64,000 nucleotides of DNA from Escherichia phage EJP2: the sequence record OQ411014.1; one strand, written 5' to 3'. The notes under the pieces were generated by a model, which did no database searches, had not been told where the DNA came from, and saw nothing but the letters and a program-made list of their open reading frames with translations. Position 1 is the first letter of the stretch. Each line of letters opens with the position of its first letter. The translations under genes and the position numbers were made by a program. Of the stretch, positions 7,653 to 17,179 are shown in pieces.

Positions 7653-7925
7653 ATGGCTTATAACGATATGATGAAGGCACAACACTACAACTTAAAGCGT
7701 ACAGACAAAGCACCGAAACCACGTTGGACAATGAAAAAGAAAGCTCAGACTATCTTTGAAGAGGAAACAGTACTGCAAGCTATTGAACAAATCAAAGTAA
7801 ACAAAAAGTTAGTTCAAAAAGTATCTAATGTTATTTGTTCTACTCTCTTCAAGGACTACTCCAAGGAGTACCAGGAGAAGATCAAGAGTATTGCACAAGA
7901 AATAAGAATACAAAAACTTTATTAA
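7653..7925 (+). CDS. hypothetical basic protein (90 aa)
   Basis: ATG 7653 with RBS GAGGAA preferred over listed 7638. Confidence 0.6.
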   Translation: MAYNDMMKAQHYNLKRTDKAPKPRWTMKKKAQTIFEEETVLQAIEQIKVNKKLVQKVSNVICSTLFKDYSKEYQEKIKSIAQEIRIQKLY

Positions 7926-7930
7926 AGTAC

Positions 7931-7995
7931 TTGCATAGTACTGAAAAAAGCGTATACTGTTTTACATAGAGCGGGGGAATAGTTCTCCCGCATAG
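7931..7995 (+). promoter_or_regulatory. early promoter + leader hairpin
   Basis: -35 TTGCAT 7931-7936, -10 TATACT 7953-7958; hairpin GCGGGGGAA..TTCTCCCGC. Confidence 0.6.
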
Positions 7996-8011
7996 TTTAA
8001 GGAGTTCCACC

Positions 8012-8344
8012 ATGTCTACATCAATCGCTATCGTTAATGCTTCCATTCGTACCAATCATTCATCTGTATGTATTGGTGGCCTCGACCGTAAAGTGGAATA
8101 CTCTTTCATCATTGCCGAGACTATCAACGGTGCACGCTATATCTTAAATGATAGTGAAGCAAATCATTACTACGTTGCGAAAGATACTGGCTTTAAACGT
8201 ATCCCTGCCGATGTAGTATACGCAAAGATGAATAAGCTGGTAGACCGTATCAACGCGAAAGGTACTATAGATTTACTGTACTGGACTGAAACTACTCCGG
8301 CTTATGGTTCTCATCGTTACCTGAATCCAGGTATTAAAATGTAA
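8012..8344 (+). CDS. hypothetical early protein (110 aa)
   Basis: ORF track; RBS TAAGGAGT. Confidence 0.65.
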   Translation: MSTSIAIVNASIRTNHSSVCIGGLDRKVEYSFIIAETINGARYILNDSEANHYYVAKDTGFKRIPADVVYAKMNKLVDRINAKGTIDLLYWTETTPAYGSHRYLNPGIKM

Positions 8345-8351
8345 AAAGTAC

Positions 8352-8415
8352 TTGCATAGTACTGCGATTCAGGTATAATGTTTTACATAGAGCGGGGGAA
8401 TGGTTCTCCCGCCTA
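8352..8415 (+). promoter_or_regulatory. early promoter + leader hairpin
   Basis: -35 TTGCAT 8352-8357, -10 TATAAT 8374-8379; hairpin GCGGGGGAA..TTCTCCCGCC. Confidence 0.6.
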
Positions 8416-8433
8416 CTTTAAGGAGTACTGATT

Positions 8434-8832
8434 ATGTTCACTATCAATTCTTATGCTGATGTTCTGGTCCTGGCTAAAACTTTCGGCAACGCTGCCCTGG
8501 ATTATGCTTTACAAAATGGTACTATCCAACCGGAACAATGCCGCCTCATTGGTAGCTGTAAACGTTGGGCGGTGTCCAATACTATTGCACTGGAAAACTT
8601 CAACGATGGCAACAATGAATATTCTGTTGATGCAGTATTCGAAGCCGTTGATCTCGGCGGTATCTATAACACTAACCTGAATGATGTGCGTATCGTTCGC
8701 ACTGGGTTCGGTGCTTATGATTTATCTATCCGTGAAGCTATGGACACCGGATACATTAGCAAAGATGTACTGGCTCACATCATGCAGTTGTGTGTGGAAC
8801 GTAACGAAGCACGTACTATCTTAGGGCTGTAA
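8434..8832 (+). CDS. hypothetical early protein (132 aa)
   Basis: ORF track; RBS AAGGAGT. Confidence 0.65.
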   Translation: MFTINSYADVLVLAKTFGNAALDYALQNGTIQPEQCRLIGSCKRWAVSNTIALENFNDGNNEYSVDAVFEAVDLGGIYNTNLNDVRIVRTGFGAYDLSIREAMDTGYISKDVLAHIMQLCVERNEARTILGL

Positions 8833-8856
8833 GCACAACACATCACCAAACATCAT

Positions 8857-8876
8857 AGGCCGCTCTCTAGCGGCCT
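8857..8876 (+). terminator. GC hairpin, possible terminator or processing site
   Basis: AGGCCGCT-CTCT-AGCGGCCT perfect stem; no U-tract. Confidence 0.3.
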
Positions 8877-8895
8877 TAACTATAAGGGTAATACA

Positions 8896-9108
8896 ATGAC
8901 AGCGTATAGAGTAGAGGGTTGCTTAGGCGTGACTGTAGGGCGTGTCAGTACTGTACAGGATGCAACTGATGTAGTACTGAAGCAGATCCCTATTAGTCCT
9001 AAGACAGTAAAGTTATTAGCTGGTAGACTTGAACGGGCCAGGGTAGGGGCTAGGGTACACGTGGACTATGGGGGAACGGGCTGTACAGTTTACGTAGAAG
9101 AGGAATAG
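8896..9108 (+). CDS. hypothetical protein, GC-rich relative to neighbours (70 aa)
   Basis: ORF track; RBS TAAGGGTAA; Gly/Arg/Val-rich. Confidence 0.5.
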   Translation: MTAYRVEGCLGVTVGRVSTVQDATDVVLKQIPISPKTVKLLAGRLERARVGARVHVDYGGTGCTVYVEEE

Positions 9109-9298
9109 TTACGGGTGTAAATTATACCAAGCTCAGATTATAAGTACTGTAATAATAAAATGCAGTACTTTTAATTTGTACAGGTAATCCCTTAACATTT
9201 TCAAATAAAAAAATCAAGACCTATGCAAAATATTTTGTTGCACTAAAGGGTAGTAACCCTTAGCGGCTTTGAATACTCCCTATAAGAAAAAAAGGTAT

Positions 9299-9326
9299 TT
9301 GACTTTTTATCTGAATCGGATATAAT
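9299..9326 (+). promoter_or_regulatory. sigma70-like promoter heading the paralog array
   Basis: -35 TTGACT 9299-9304, 16-nt spacer, -10 TATAAT 9321-9326. Confidence 0.55.
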
Positions 9327-9372
9327 CTGTTCTATATTATATTTCACTTGTATTTTATCTCATGGAGTCCCT

Positions 9373-9858
9373 ATGAATAATGATTTGTCGTATATAGAAA
9401 CCTTAAACTTAGCCAATGACTTACTCTTAATTCTTAGGGCATTTGATGCGGGTAAGCTGGATGGTTATAAGGATATCACTAAGCAGCTTATAGGTGATAC
9501 TACAACGGAATACTTTCTTGCAGGTGAACGTGTATGTTACGTCACTAATAAAGCATCCAATATATGGTCAAACGTAAGTCTCACTTCTGGTCGGATTCGA
9601 TACAATCAATTATATCCTCACTACCCTATAAAGAACAACGGCGAGATTACTAAGTGCGTCCCTGGGGATAAAATCTTTGAAGTGTCCGAAGAACAATTTT
9701 TCTATAACACACTCACACTCGATACTAGCTTACCAACGAGTGCACTTATCTTTGGAGTACTGTCTGGACACAAGTTTGAACACAACGCTGTGGGATTATA
9801 CTTCGACCTAGAGTATGTGGATATACTGGTTCTGTATGCTAAAGAGGTGTTGGCATGA
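9373..9858 (+). CDS. FQ-motif paralog family protein
   Basis: Motif VSEEQFFYNTL; RBS GGAG. Confidence 0.7.
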   Translation: MNNDLSYIETLNLANDLLLILRAFDAGKLDGYKDITKQLIGDTTTEYFLAGERVCYVTNKASNIWSNVSLTSGRIRYNQLYPHYPIKNNGEITKCVPGDKIFEVSEEQFFYNTLTLDTSLPTSALIFGVLSGHKFEHNAVGLYFDLEYVDILVLYAKEVLA

Positions 9859-10358
9859 GACTACGAGTAGAAGATTACTCTTATGATGAAGTTCTAAAGT
9901 TAGCCCACGATATACGTTTGATGATGAGTGCCTTTGATACTGGTCGGCTAGATGGTTATAAAGATATTCGCAGAGAAGACGTTGATGAAAAGACTGTGGA
10001 GTACTATATTGGGAACGATAGGGTCGCACATCTAAACAGATATGAATCAACTCTATGGAGTATGCTTATGCAGAAACATGGAACTATCAAACATAACTCT
10101 TTCGCTGCACACACTATGTTTGTTATCGACGCTGTGGTTCATGAACGTAAGCTAGATGATCCCATGTTTACTGTTTCGGAAGAACAATTCTTTTACAACA
10201 CTTTACAATATCCCAACAACACTGTTCCCGCTAGAGGTATTATTTTTGGTGTACTGAATGAACATACGTTTGATTACAATGAAATTACATTGAAATTCAA
10301 ATTACACCTAGATAAGATGTTAGCTTACTCACAAGAGGTTATGCATAATGCAATGTAA
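9855..10358 (+). CDS. FQ-motif paralog family protein
   Basis: Motif TVSEEQFFYNTL; ATGA overlap with upstream stop. Confidence 0.7.
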   Translation: MRLRVEDYSYDEVLKLAHDIRLMMSAFDTGRLDGYKDIRREDVDEKTVEYYIGNDRVAHLNRYESTLWSMLMQKHGTIKHNSFAAHTMFVIDAVVHERKLDDPMFTVSEEQFFYNTLQYPNNTVPARGIIFGVLNEHTFDYNEITLKFKLHLDKMLAYSQEVMHNAM

Positions 10359-10680
10359 CGTTATTATAAACACGTATTGTGAATCATATACACATCTTGG
10401 TGTTATGCGTTTTTCTGAACCAATGACGAATTATCTTATTCGCTATAACCACCGCAAAAATGAATGGGAACTTCGATACTATAATCCAAAAACATTGGAT
10501 GTGGAACAGATTGATGATACTATTGCTGTACTGTTGGACATGACTGAAGAAGAACTGTTCCAACATTCGTGCATTACTGATTTCGATGTCTACATGGTTC
10601 ACGCTGGTATGCAAGAGTTGAAACATAACACTCCCACAAGCTATAATTCCGTAATAACTAAGAAAACATTGGAGTACTAA
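10348..10680 (+). CDS. FQ-motif paralog family protein (short, divergent)
   Basis: Motif TEEELFQHS; 11-nt overlap ATGCAATGTAA. Confidence 0.55.
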   Translation: MQCNVIINTYCESYTHLGVMRFSEPMTNYLIRYNHRKNEWELRYYNPKTLDVEQIDDTIAVLLDMTEEELFQHSCITDFDVYMVHAGMQELKHNTPTSYNSVITKKTLEY

Positions 10681-11180
10681 TGAACACATTTGAAGAAGAT
10701 TTACAATTTGCTAACAAGGTGTTACGAATCCGAAATGCTATGATTACTGGTGAATTAAAAACTCTTCCAGGAGTGCATGAGCAGACCAATCCATTTCTTA
10801 ATGAACTGGATTTTTTATTCTTTGGAAATGTTGATTTAAGATCAGCACCGCTTGGATGTTTGACTTTTGAAAAAGGCGTTTCACGTTCTATAATTTCTCA
10901 AAGACATATATCATATAACACCAACGATGATAAGATTGCAGTTTTCAATGATGACCTTGAGAAATACGTTGACGTTGATATTGTTGATTACGATGAAAGC
11001 CTTTACTTTCAACACAGCCTGTTGTATACTCCTTGTGACTTACGTTACTTGGTTACTGCTTCTGTACTGAAGGCAAATGAAATTCCAGATAGACCAAACA
11101 TCCATCGATTCAAGTTTCAGTTGGTGCACATTCCAACAATTCATAAACTCTTGAGGTATAGAGACTATGGCATCATTTGA
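10680..11180 (+). CDS. FQ-motif paralog family protein
   Basis: Motif DESLYFQHSLLY; TAATG overlap. Confidence 0.65.
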   Translation: MNTFEEDLQFANKVLRIRNAMITGELKTLPGVHEQTNPFLNELDFLFFGNVDLRSAPLGCLTFEKGVSRSIISQRHISYNTNDDKIAVFNDDLEKYVDVDIVDYDESLYFQHSLLYTPCDLRYLVTASVLKANEIPDRPNIHRFKFQLVHIPTIHKLLRYRDYGII

Positions 11181-11646
11181 AGAAGATTACGCAGAAGCAA
11201 AAGATATCTGTACTGTTATGAAAGCCTTAGACACCAATCTGTTTGACAACCATAAAGAGATTATGACATTTCATAATGAATTCGAAACGATATATCAATG
11301 TTGGAATACAAGGTTCGCAGCAGTAAGTAAACATACTATTGGATATAAAAATAGCATTGACATTACAGGTAAACTGATTGACTATAGACCACATTCAGAT
11401 TCGTTTCAATATTTCAATTATGAAGATATGAAAGGGTATCTACTAAAAAAACACGACGCTGTATTCACCCCGACTGAAGAACAATATTTTCAAAATTCTA
11501 TTCTGTACGATCCAATCAATGTGAGAAGGTTTCTCATTTACGGAATACTAAATCAAGAAACTTTTGAGAACGAATTTATTCACTTGGACTACAACGTACT
11601 GAATCGTCTTGTACATCTTGCTAACGAGGCTAGAAATGCAACGTAA
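11167..11646 (+). CDS. FQ-motif paralog family protein
   Basis: Motif TEEQYFQNSILYD. Confidence 0.7.
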   Translation: MASFEEDYAEAKDICTVMKALDTNLFDNHKEIMTFHNEFETIYQCWNTRFAAVSKHTIGYKNSIDITGKLIDYRPHSDSFQYFNYEDMKGYLLKKHDAVFTPTEEQYFQNSILYDPINVRRFLIYGILNQETFENEFIHLDYNVLNRLVHLANEARNAT

Positions 11647-12223
11647 TGAATACACTGAATATACTGAATATACCGAAGTAGATGATGCTATTGATGTACC
11701 AGAGTACTGTTATAGTGATGATTTAAAGTACTGCTATGATATACTCAAGATAAAACACAACATGGAAATCCAGAGTCTACTCAAATTAGATGCATTTGAA
11801 CTATCAAGAATACAACAAAAGTCTATACAGTACGTTATGAAAACAGCCTTCTATGAAGAGTCAGGTCATAAGATCGGTATTGGCTCAGTACATAAGAATC
11901 TAAGAGTAGAAATGAGTTCACATCTAAGTATAACTTACTGTGTATTCGATAGTAGAAGTACAGTCTTCTCAGTACGTGACTATAAAGGACGTTATCCTAT
12001 ATCAGATACAGTACTATCAGAAGAACAGTACTTTCAACTTAGTCTTATTCATGATCCTTATCTTCTAAGAGCAATGTTACTTTATTCTGTACTTAAAGCT
12101 AATTCTAATCTAGAATCATCATGTGAGTACTCTCAAATCAATTTAGCTTATAATAGTTCAGTACTGAAATATATTGATACCCTAGATACCCTAGATACTC
12201 TTGGGGCAGAAGAAACATTATAA
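11636..12223 (+). CDS. FQ-motif paralog family protein
   Basis: Motif SEEQYFQLSLIHD; ATG 11636 (11-nt overlap) preferred over listed 11609. Confidence 0.6.
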   Translation: MQRNEYTEYTEYTEVDDAIDVPEYCYSDDLKYCYDILKIKHNMEIQSLLKLDAFELSRIQQKSIQYVMKTAFYEESGHKIGIGSVHKNLRVEMSSHLSITYCVFDSRSTVFSVRDYKGRYPISDTVLSEEQYFQLSLIHDPYLLRAMLLYSVLKANSNLESSCEYSQINLAYNSSVLKYIDTLDTLDTLGAEETL

Positions 12224-12247
12224 TAACATTTATAACAATCATATAAC

Positions 12248-12814
12248 ATGGTGAGAAGTATGGTCATATCTACAGTAGATGCAAACAGATACAAGTTGGA
12301 GTCACTATTATTCGATGAAGTGAGTTACTCAAAGCACAAACGATTTTGTACTGCCATGTGTACAGTACTGAAGGTTATTGCTACAGGAGAGATAGAGAAG
12401 TACAAGGGTATTACTAAGACTAGGCATTTAGGAATGGGGTGTACATACTACTATAACGATTTTAACTTCTGTAGTGTTGATATGTTAACACCAGATGAAG
12501 AGGATTATTCTGTTGTGATGTTAGGTTCATGTAGGGTAGTACTGTTCAATGATTACAAGGATTTAATATCTGTAGATAACGATTATAAAGAGATTATCAT
12601 TCCTAGTACATCTAATTTACTGATACCTACAGAAGAGCAGTACTTCCAGAATTCATTACTCTATGACAGAGCGTATCATCTGTGTAAATTCTTATTATAT
12701 GGATCTATCTTGCAATTGAACTTACAGTACTGTAGTATAGACTTCAGATACAACCAAGTGTTTGAGCTTGAGGAACTAATACTCAAAGGTGATTATAGTG
12801 AACAATATCAATGA
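12248..12814 (+). CDS. FQ-motif paralog family protein
   Basis: Motif TEEQYFQNSLLYD. Confidence 0.7.
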   Translation: MVRSMVISTVDANRYKLESLLFDEVSYSKHKRFCTAMCTVLKVIATGEIEKYKGITKTRHLGMGCTYYYNDFNFCSVDMLTPDEEDYSVVMLGSCRVVLFNDYKDLISVDNDYKEIIIPSTSNLLIPTEEQYFQNSLLYDRAYHLCKFLLYGSILQLNLQYCSIDFRYNQVFELEELILKGDYSEQYQ

Positions 12815-13349
12815 TAATGAATCATATACTGAAGCTACACAATTAGTACAAGATGTGTTATTAGTAGTACAGTATCTTATGAATTCAGAGTTCAAGGATA
12901 GTGCATTGAAACACACTATCAATGAAAGGAGTTTCTCATCAAGAATGACATCATTTGTATTTGATGTGAATAGAGGATTGGGTCGTACTGTTTACGAGAA
13001 GACTGTTGCTACGTTAAGGTCAGCAGTAGGGGGGACCAATGAGTTGAGGATTACTGCTAACGCTATTCAGTACTGTACAAGTTCTAATACTGTATGTGTA
13101 TATAAAGATGAAGATTCAAGATATCAAAAGTACAGTCCTATTGATTTTGATGATTATTCAGAAGAGAGATATTTTCAGACCTTATTGATGTACGATGAAG
13201 TTTATGCTAAGAACATGCTTGTAGCTTCTGCGATACAGAAGTACATTCCAGAGATCATGCGTTCACGTAATTATAAGGAGTTAACACTTACTGTGTTCCT
13301 TGATGATTTGCTTGAATTAGCTAATATTATAAAGGAAACACAACAATGA
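12789..13349 (+). CDS. FQ-motif paralog family protein
   Basis: Motif SEERYFQTLLMYD; GTG start, exact start uncertain. Confidence 0.55.
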   Translation: MIIVNNINDNESYTEATQLVQDVLLVVQYLMNSEFKDSALKHTINERSFSSRMTSFVFDVNRGLGRTVYEKTVATLRSAVGGTNELRITANAIQYCTSSNTVCVYKDEDSRYQKYSPIDFDDYSEERYFQTLLMYDEVYAKNMLVASAIQKYIPEIMRSRNYKELTLTVFLDDLLELANIIKETQQ

Positions 13350-13936
13350 CGTATCGCTCATTAGCAGCTAAAGCCGAGCATGAATTATATCTAATGCAAA
13401 AGATGAAGAATCTCTTATACAAGTACGAAAACAACGAAGACATTTCTTCTTATCATTCAGTACAGCTTAGTAAGCATTTTAGTATTTTATATTTCAAGGA
13501 CGATGTTGGTATTTTGTCATTGTGTCACCTTCCTAGTGGTTCATTTAATACGGACACAACAACGCTTATACAAGTTTATTCACATTACAGTGATATAGAA
13601 AATATTAGCTCACCGAGAATCCTTGAGTCCTATTACAATCAATCATCGAGTAATATGGTCAGGAATGTGTATAATGATTTCTTGCGGTTTAGACCTTCAA
13701 TTGATGATGATGAGTTACGGGTTATCATTCCTACAGTACAGCAAATGGATTTGAGTACAGAAGAGGGGGAGTTTCAGTTCATTACGGCGAACGACGATTC
13801 AGTACTTGACGTTATGAAATATTTGCAGTACATTACAAGGAATAAGTTCGATAGAACATTCACAACGAGCTTTAGTGATTTAGTACCTGAAGCGATTGCA
13901 GCATGGGATGAGTATTATGAGCGATTTCAGTCCTGA
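13346..13936 (+). CDS. FQ-motif paralog family protein
   Basis: Motif LSTEEGEFQF; ATGA overlap. Confidence 0.65.
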   Translation: MTYRSLAAKAEHELYLMQKMKNLLYKYENNEDISSYHSVQLSKHFSILYFKDDVGILSLCHLPSGSFNTDTTTLIQVYSHYSDIENISSPRILESYYNQSSSNMVRNVYNDFLRFRPSIDDDELRVIIPTVQQMDLSTEEGEFQFITANDDSVLDVMKYLQYITRNKFDRTFTTSFSDLVPEAIAAWDEYYERFQS

Positions 13937-13968
13937 GATTATTCAAGCAGCTAAGGATATTGAGAGTT

Positions 13969-14535
13969 ATGAGCGACGATTTAGTACAGAAGATTAGTTC
14001 CACAGTTCATGTATTGAAGTTTATGCATAATTTACAAACACAGCTAATACAGGACAATATCATTCCTGGTATTTTTTCATTAGAATTGAATAAAGAATTC
14101 AAGATAACATATGTAGATTATGATAAGTCATGTACATTGAAATTAATGTACGCACCATCAGTGCATTCTGCGTTTGCTAATCAGCAACTTGATGTTGTTG
14201 TGTTAACAATATCGAAATCAGACACATCCCCAGAGTCATCTTATTCACCGCAGCATTACCTCATTTCGAATAAAGATACACAAAGAATCAAGACCACAGC
14301 ATACAAGAATGCACAGGAATGGATACCAATTATTCCTAAGAGCGAGCTTGATTTGAGTACAGAAGAGGCAGATTTTCAGTACAGGATGATTTACGACGAT
14401 GTAGTACTTGATATGTTGAAATTCGTTCAGGCAGTTCAAGATGAAGTGTACGTAGATTTTTGTACATTTTTATCTCCAGTAATATACAGAGCACATGAGG
14501 CAATTGTACGATATGAAAATAAAATTAGAATTTGA
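13969..14535 (+). CDS. FQ-motif paralog family protein
   Basis: Motif LSTEEADFQY; ATG 13969 preferred over TTG 13960. Confidence 0.6.
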   Translation: MSDDLVQKISSTVHVLKFMHNLQTQLIQDNIIPGIFSLELNKEFKITYVDYDKSCTLKLMYAPSVHSAFANQQLDVVVLTISKSDTSPESSYSPQHYLISNKDTQRIKTTAYKNAQEWIPIIPKSELDLSTEEADFQYRMIYDDVVLDMLKFVQAVQDEVYVDFCTFLSPVIYRAHEAIVRYENKIRI

Positions 14536-15139
14536 ATTCCTTCGTGAATTACAGTACAAGATACAGTGCATTGCTAATTTTCTTGACATGTATTCCGAGC
14601 AGAAAAAGAGTGTCCTAGTAGCTGAACGTCATTTTGATGCACAGCTTTTGTATACCATATACGGGATACAGTTAGTTGCTCATAGTCCTATTCGGTATCG
14701 TTTTCCTGCGGATTATCTAAACCTTGAAGCTAGCGTAAAAGGGACCGAAGACGCAACACGTTATTACCCACATTATAATGATTTTAGATTTCATCCAGAC
14801 ACGACCCATTTTGTAGTACTTGGTGAAATGAATGAACAAAAAACATATAGACCCTCCGAGATTGGAGTACAGCATAAGTTGCCAATTCGAAATATAGATT
14901 TAACACAAATACAAGAAGACGAATTTGATGCATATGCTTTCCAGTACAGCACATTTATGTCAGATGAAGAAGTGGCAATGTACATCCTAACGTGCAGTCT
15001 AGGGTGCAAGAACGGGTTATCCAATGGTATATCATTATGTGTATATAATATTGATAATATGTTGGAACATTTGAATACAGCTAAAGCATACACACAAGTA
15101 GAATATGATGCATACAGATACGGCAGTTACGACAGATAA
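14513..15139 (+). CDS. FQ-motif paralog family protein
   Basis: Motif FDAYAFQYSTF; start 14495 or 14513. Confidence 0.55.
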   Translation: MKIKLEFEFLRELQYKIQCIANFLDMYSEQKKSVLVAERHFDAQLLYTIYGIQLVAHSPIRYRFPADYLNLEASVKGTEDATRYYPHYNDFRFHPDTTHFVVLGEMNEQKTYRPSEIGVQHKLPIRNIDLTQIQEDEFDAYAFQYSTFMSDEEVAMYILTCSLGCKNGLSNGISLCVYNIDNMLEHLNTAKAYTQVEYDAYRYGSYDR

Positions 15140-15866
15140 AGCAAAAGTAATCCAGTACAGTCATGTTCACGCAGTGAAGTTGGCATTTGTATTGGCTGTT
15201 ACGGAGTACATATATCAGTACGGGGATTTTTCGTCAGATAGTGCATATAATGTTACGAAATATGATTATCCAGGAGCCAAAGGTGATGCATTACGATTCA
15301 GGGATGCATTTATCACATACGATTCATTGAATAATAAATCCGTATATGGTTTCAAGGCATTCATTGGAAATGACCTAAATGTCAAGAACAAGATGATAAT
15401 GTTCAAGGCGTACGTTCACAGTCCTGAAGATCCAAATGTACCAATGCGTAGTACAGCATTCAATGCACATCCAGATTGCGATTCAGTCCTGTACACACAG
15501 GATTCGATAGTATACAATTCATTATGTAATGAAATGCAAGTCCAGGGTGAAGAAATCAGTGTTCCAGTACGATTCAGTACGAAAGTTCTTGACGAGGCGA
15601 AATATTTCCAGTACAGTACATGTATGACGGATACACAAATTTACAGTGCATACATCAAGTCCTATCTTGATAAGTACGATTTGTGTAGTTTCACATGCAG
15701 ACACGAAGTACAGGATAAGTTATTTGATGTATATTTCGAGGACAATTTTGAGTTCGAGGATTACCCGTCGAAGGATGCCAGTACTGAGCAGATTGAAATG
15801 TACAATAAAGTCCTAGTGCTTTTAGATGAAGTTATTGCTTTAGGAGTTGACATACACAGGATGTGA
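15105..15866 (+). CDS. FQ-motif paralog family protein
   Basis: Motif EAKYFQYSTCM. Confidence 0.6.
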   Translation: MMHTDTAVTTDKAKVIQYSHVHAVKLAFVLAVTEYIYQYGDFSSDSAYNVTKYDYPGAKGDALRFRDAFITYDSLNNKSVYGFKAFIGNDLNVKNKMIMFKAYVHSPEDPNVPMRSTAFNAHPDCDSVLYTQDSIVYNSLCNEMQVQGEEISVPVRFSTKVLDEAKYFQYSTCMTDTQIYSAYIKSYLDKYDLCSFTCRHEVQDKLFDVYFEDNFEFEDYPSKDASTEQIEMYNKVLVLLDEVIALGVDIHRM

Positions 15867-15913
15867 TGTTATAATGCAAAAATATACCCCACGATATAAA
15901 GAGAGAATATATA

Positions 15914-16654
15914 ATGCTAAACATGCGTTCACGTAAGATTCAAAAGCACGTTCAGGTATTGATTCAGGCCCAGAACATTGCTAACATTTCAGATTTCATG
16001 CACAATACAGTACAGAAGGATGGACCAGAGGCGTTGGCTTCATATTTCGATCACAACCGAAATCAAGATCCAAGTTCATATGTACACACGAACAATGAGT
16101 CCTATTTGGATTGTACCTTTGCGTACAACCCGAATCCATCAGACACGTCAGAAGAGATCAAAGCTGATGGTGTAGAGGACGCAGTACCACAAGGTGTAGT
16201 ACCGATGGGATACACACGAGTAACCATTTTCCGCACACCAGAAGATGCGAAGTACATGCGTGATACGAATTACATTTGCATGGGTGGTAAGTTCAGTAAT
16301 CTTGTATTCAATCCGTACAATACGCAATATGAGTTCATAAATTTTCCGAAGAGCGGTAAGACACAGCAGATTCAAATGAAAGTACCGGATTTTGTTCAGT
16401 ACAGTACAGAGAAGCATTTGAACGAGCAGAGTTGGTTATTCCGTTCAATGAAAATTGATGTGCAGTTGATGATTTCGTATTTGAAGGTAGTGCAATGCAA
16501 GGGTATTGACATTGACCCGAATGATGTACAGTATTTCTTGGATTTATTTGGATTAGAATCTTGTACAGAAGAAGAAGTCCTAGCTAAAGTACAGAAGATT
16601 CGAGACGAATATGTCCCACCATCAGTACCAAAAGATTCCTCGGAATTGCCATAA
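15914..16654 (+). CDS. FQ-motif paralog family protein (divergent)
   Basis: Motif VPDFVQYSTE; RBS AAGAGAG. Confidence 0.6.
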   Translation: MLNMRSRKIQKHVQVLIQAQNIANISDFMHNTVQKDGPEALASYFDHNRNQDPSSYVHTNNESYLDCTFAYNPNPSDTSEEIKADGVEDAVPQGVVPMGYTRVTIFRTPEDAKYMRDTNYICMGGKFSNLVFNPYNTQYEFINFPKSGKTQQIQMKVPDFVQYSTEKHLNEQSWLFRSMKIDVQLMISYLKVVQCKGIDIDPNDVQYFLDLFGLESCTEEEVLAKVQKIRDEYVPPSVPKDSSELP

Positions 16655-16810
16655 TGTAATGTTATAATATAACATATATTGGCTTTTATTATGTAGTCCT
16701 GAGATCGGGGGATAGGGGTCAAAAAATTTTCCGCTCCGCAAAGTATATTAATAAGGTATAATACGCGGGGCGGCGGTGGCGGCGGCGAGATTGCGATTAG
16801 GGTGGATTTT

Positions 16811-17179
16811 ATGTTAGATCATGATTTTCGGTTGCACACACATATAGTCCAGGGTGTATATCATTTTTATTGTAACGTACATAAAGGTGATACCAGTCAT
16901 AGAAGGCACGTATATATTTCTTATCTTAATGGTGCGTTTTCGTTCATTAGTTATGAGAATTATAAGTACGGTTCTCGGACAGATCATCCTATGCAGGATT
17001 ATACAGTACTGGATGAGGGTGGGAGATTTCAGGCAGAATTAGTGCTTGATGCAAATTCTGTTCTTACATTAGATGAGATTATTTTCATTCAGAATCTAAT
17101 GAAAGAGTTCTCGGTGCGTGCACAAAATTCTGAAGAATTTGAACACGATTACTATTTCAATATAGGAATTCCATCATGA
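16811..17179 (+). CDS. FQ-motif paralog, 120-aa subfamily copy 1
   Basis: Motif EGGRFQAELV; ATG 16811 preferred over GTG 16802; GC-rich leader upstream. Confidence 0.6.
   Translation: MLDHDFRLHTHIVQGVYHFYCNVHKGDTSHRRHVYISYLNGAFSFISYENYKYGSRTDHPMQDYTVLDEGGRFQAELVLDANSVLTLDEIIFIQNLMKEFSVRAQNSEEFEHDYYFNIGIPS

Noticed and set aside
8453-8680. Alternative-frame plus-strand ORFs nested inside longer genes (also 15978-16175, 16854-17042, 19662-19958, 20257-20442, 27828-28076, 31014-31247, 35430-35642, 47366-47557)
   Set aside because: Fully contained in a longer ORF of a different frame that has better start context; probably chance ORFs.
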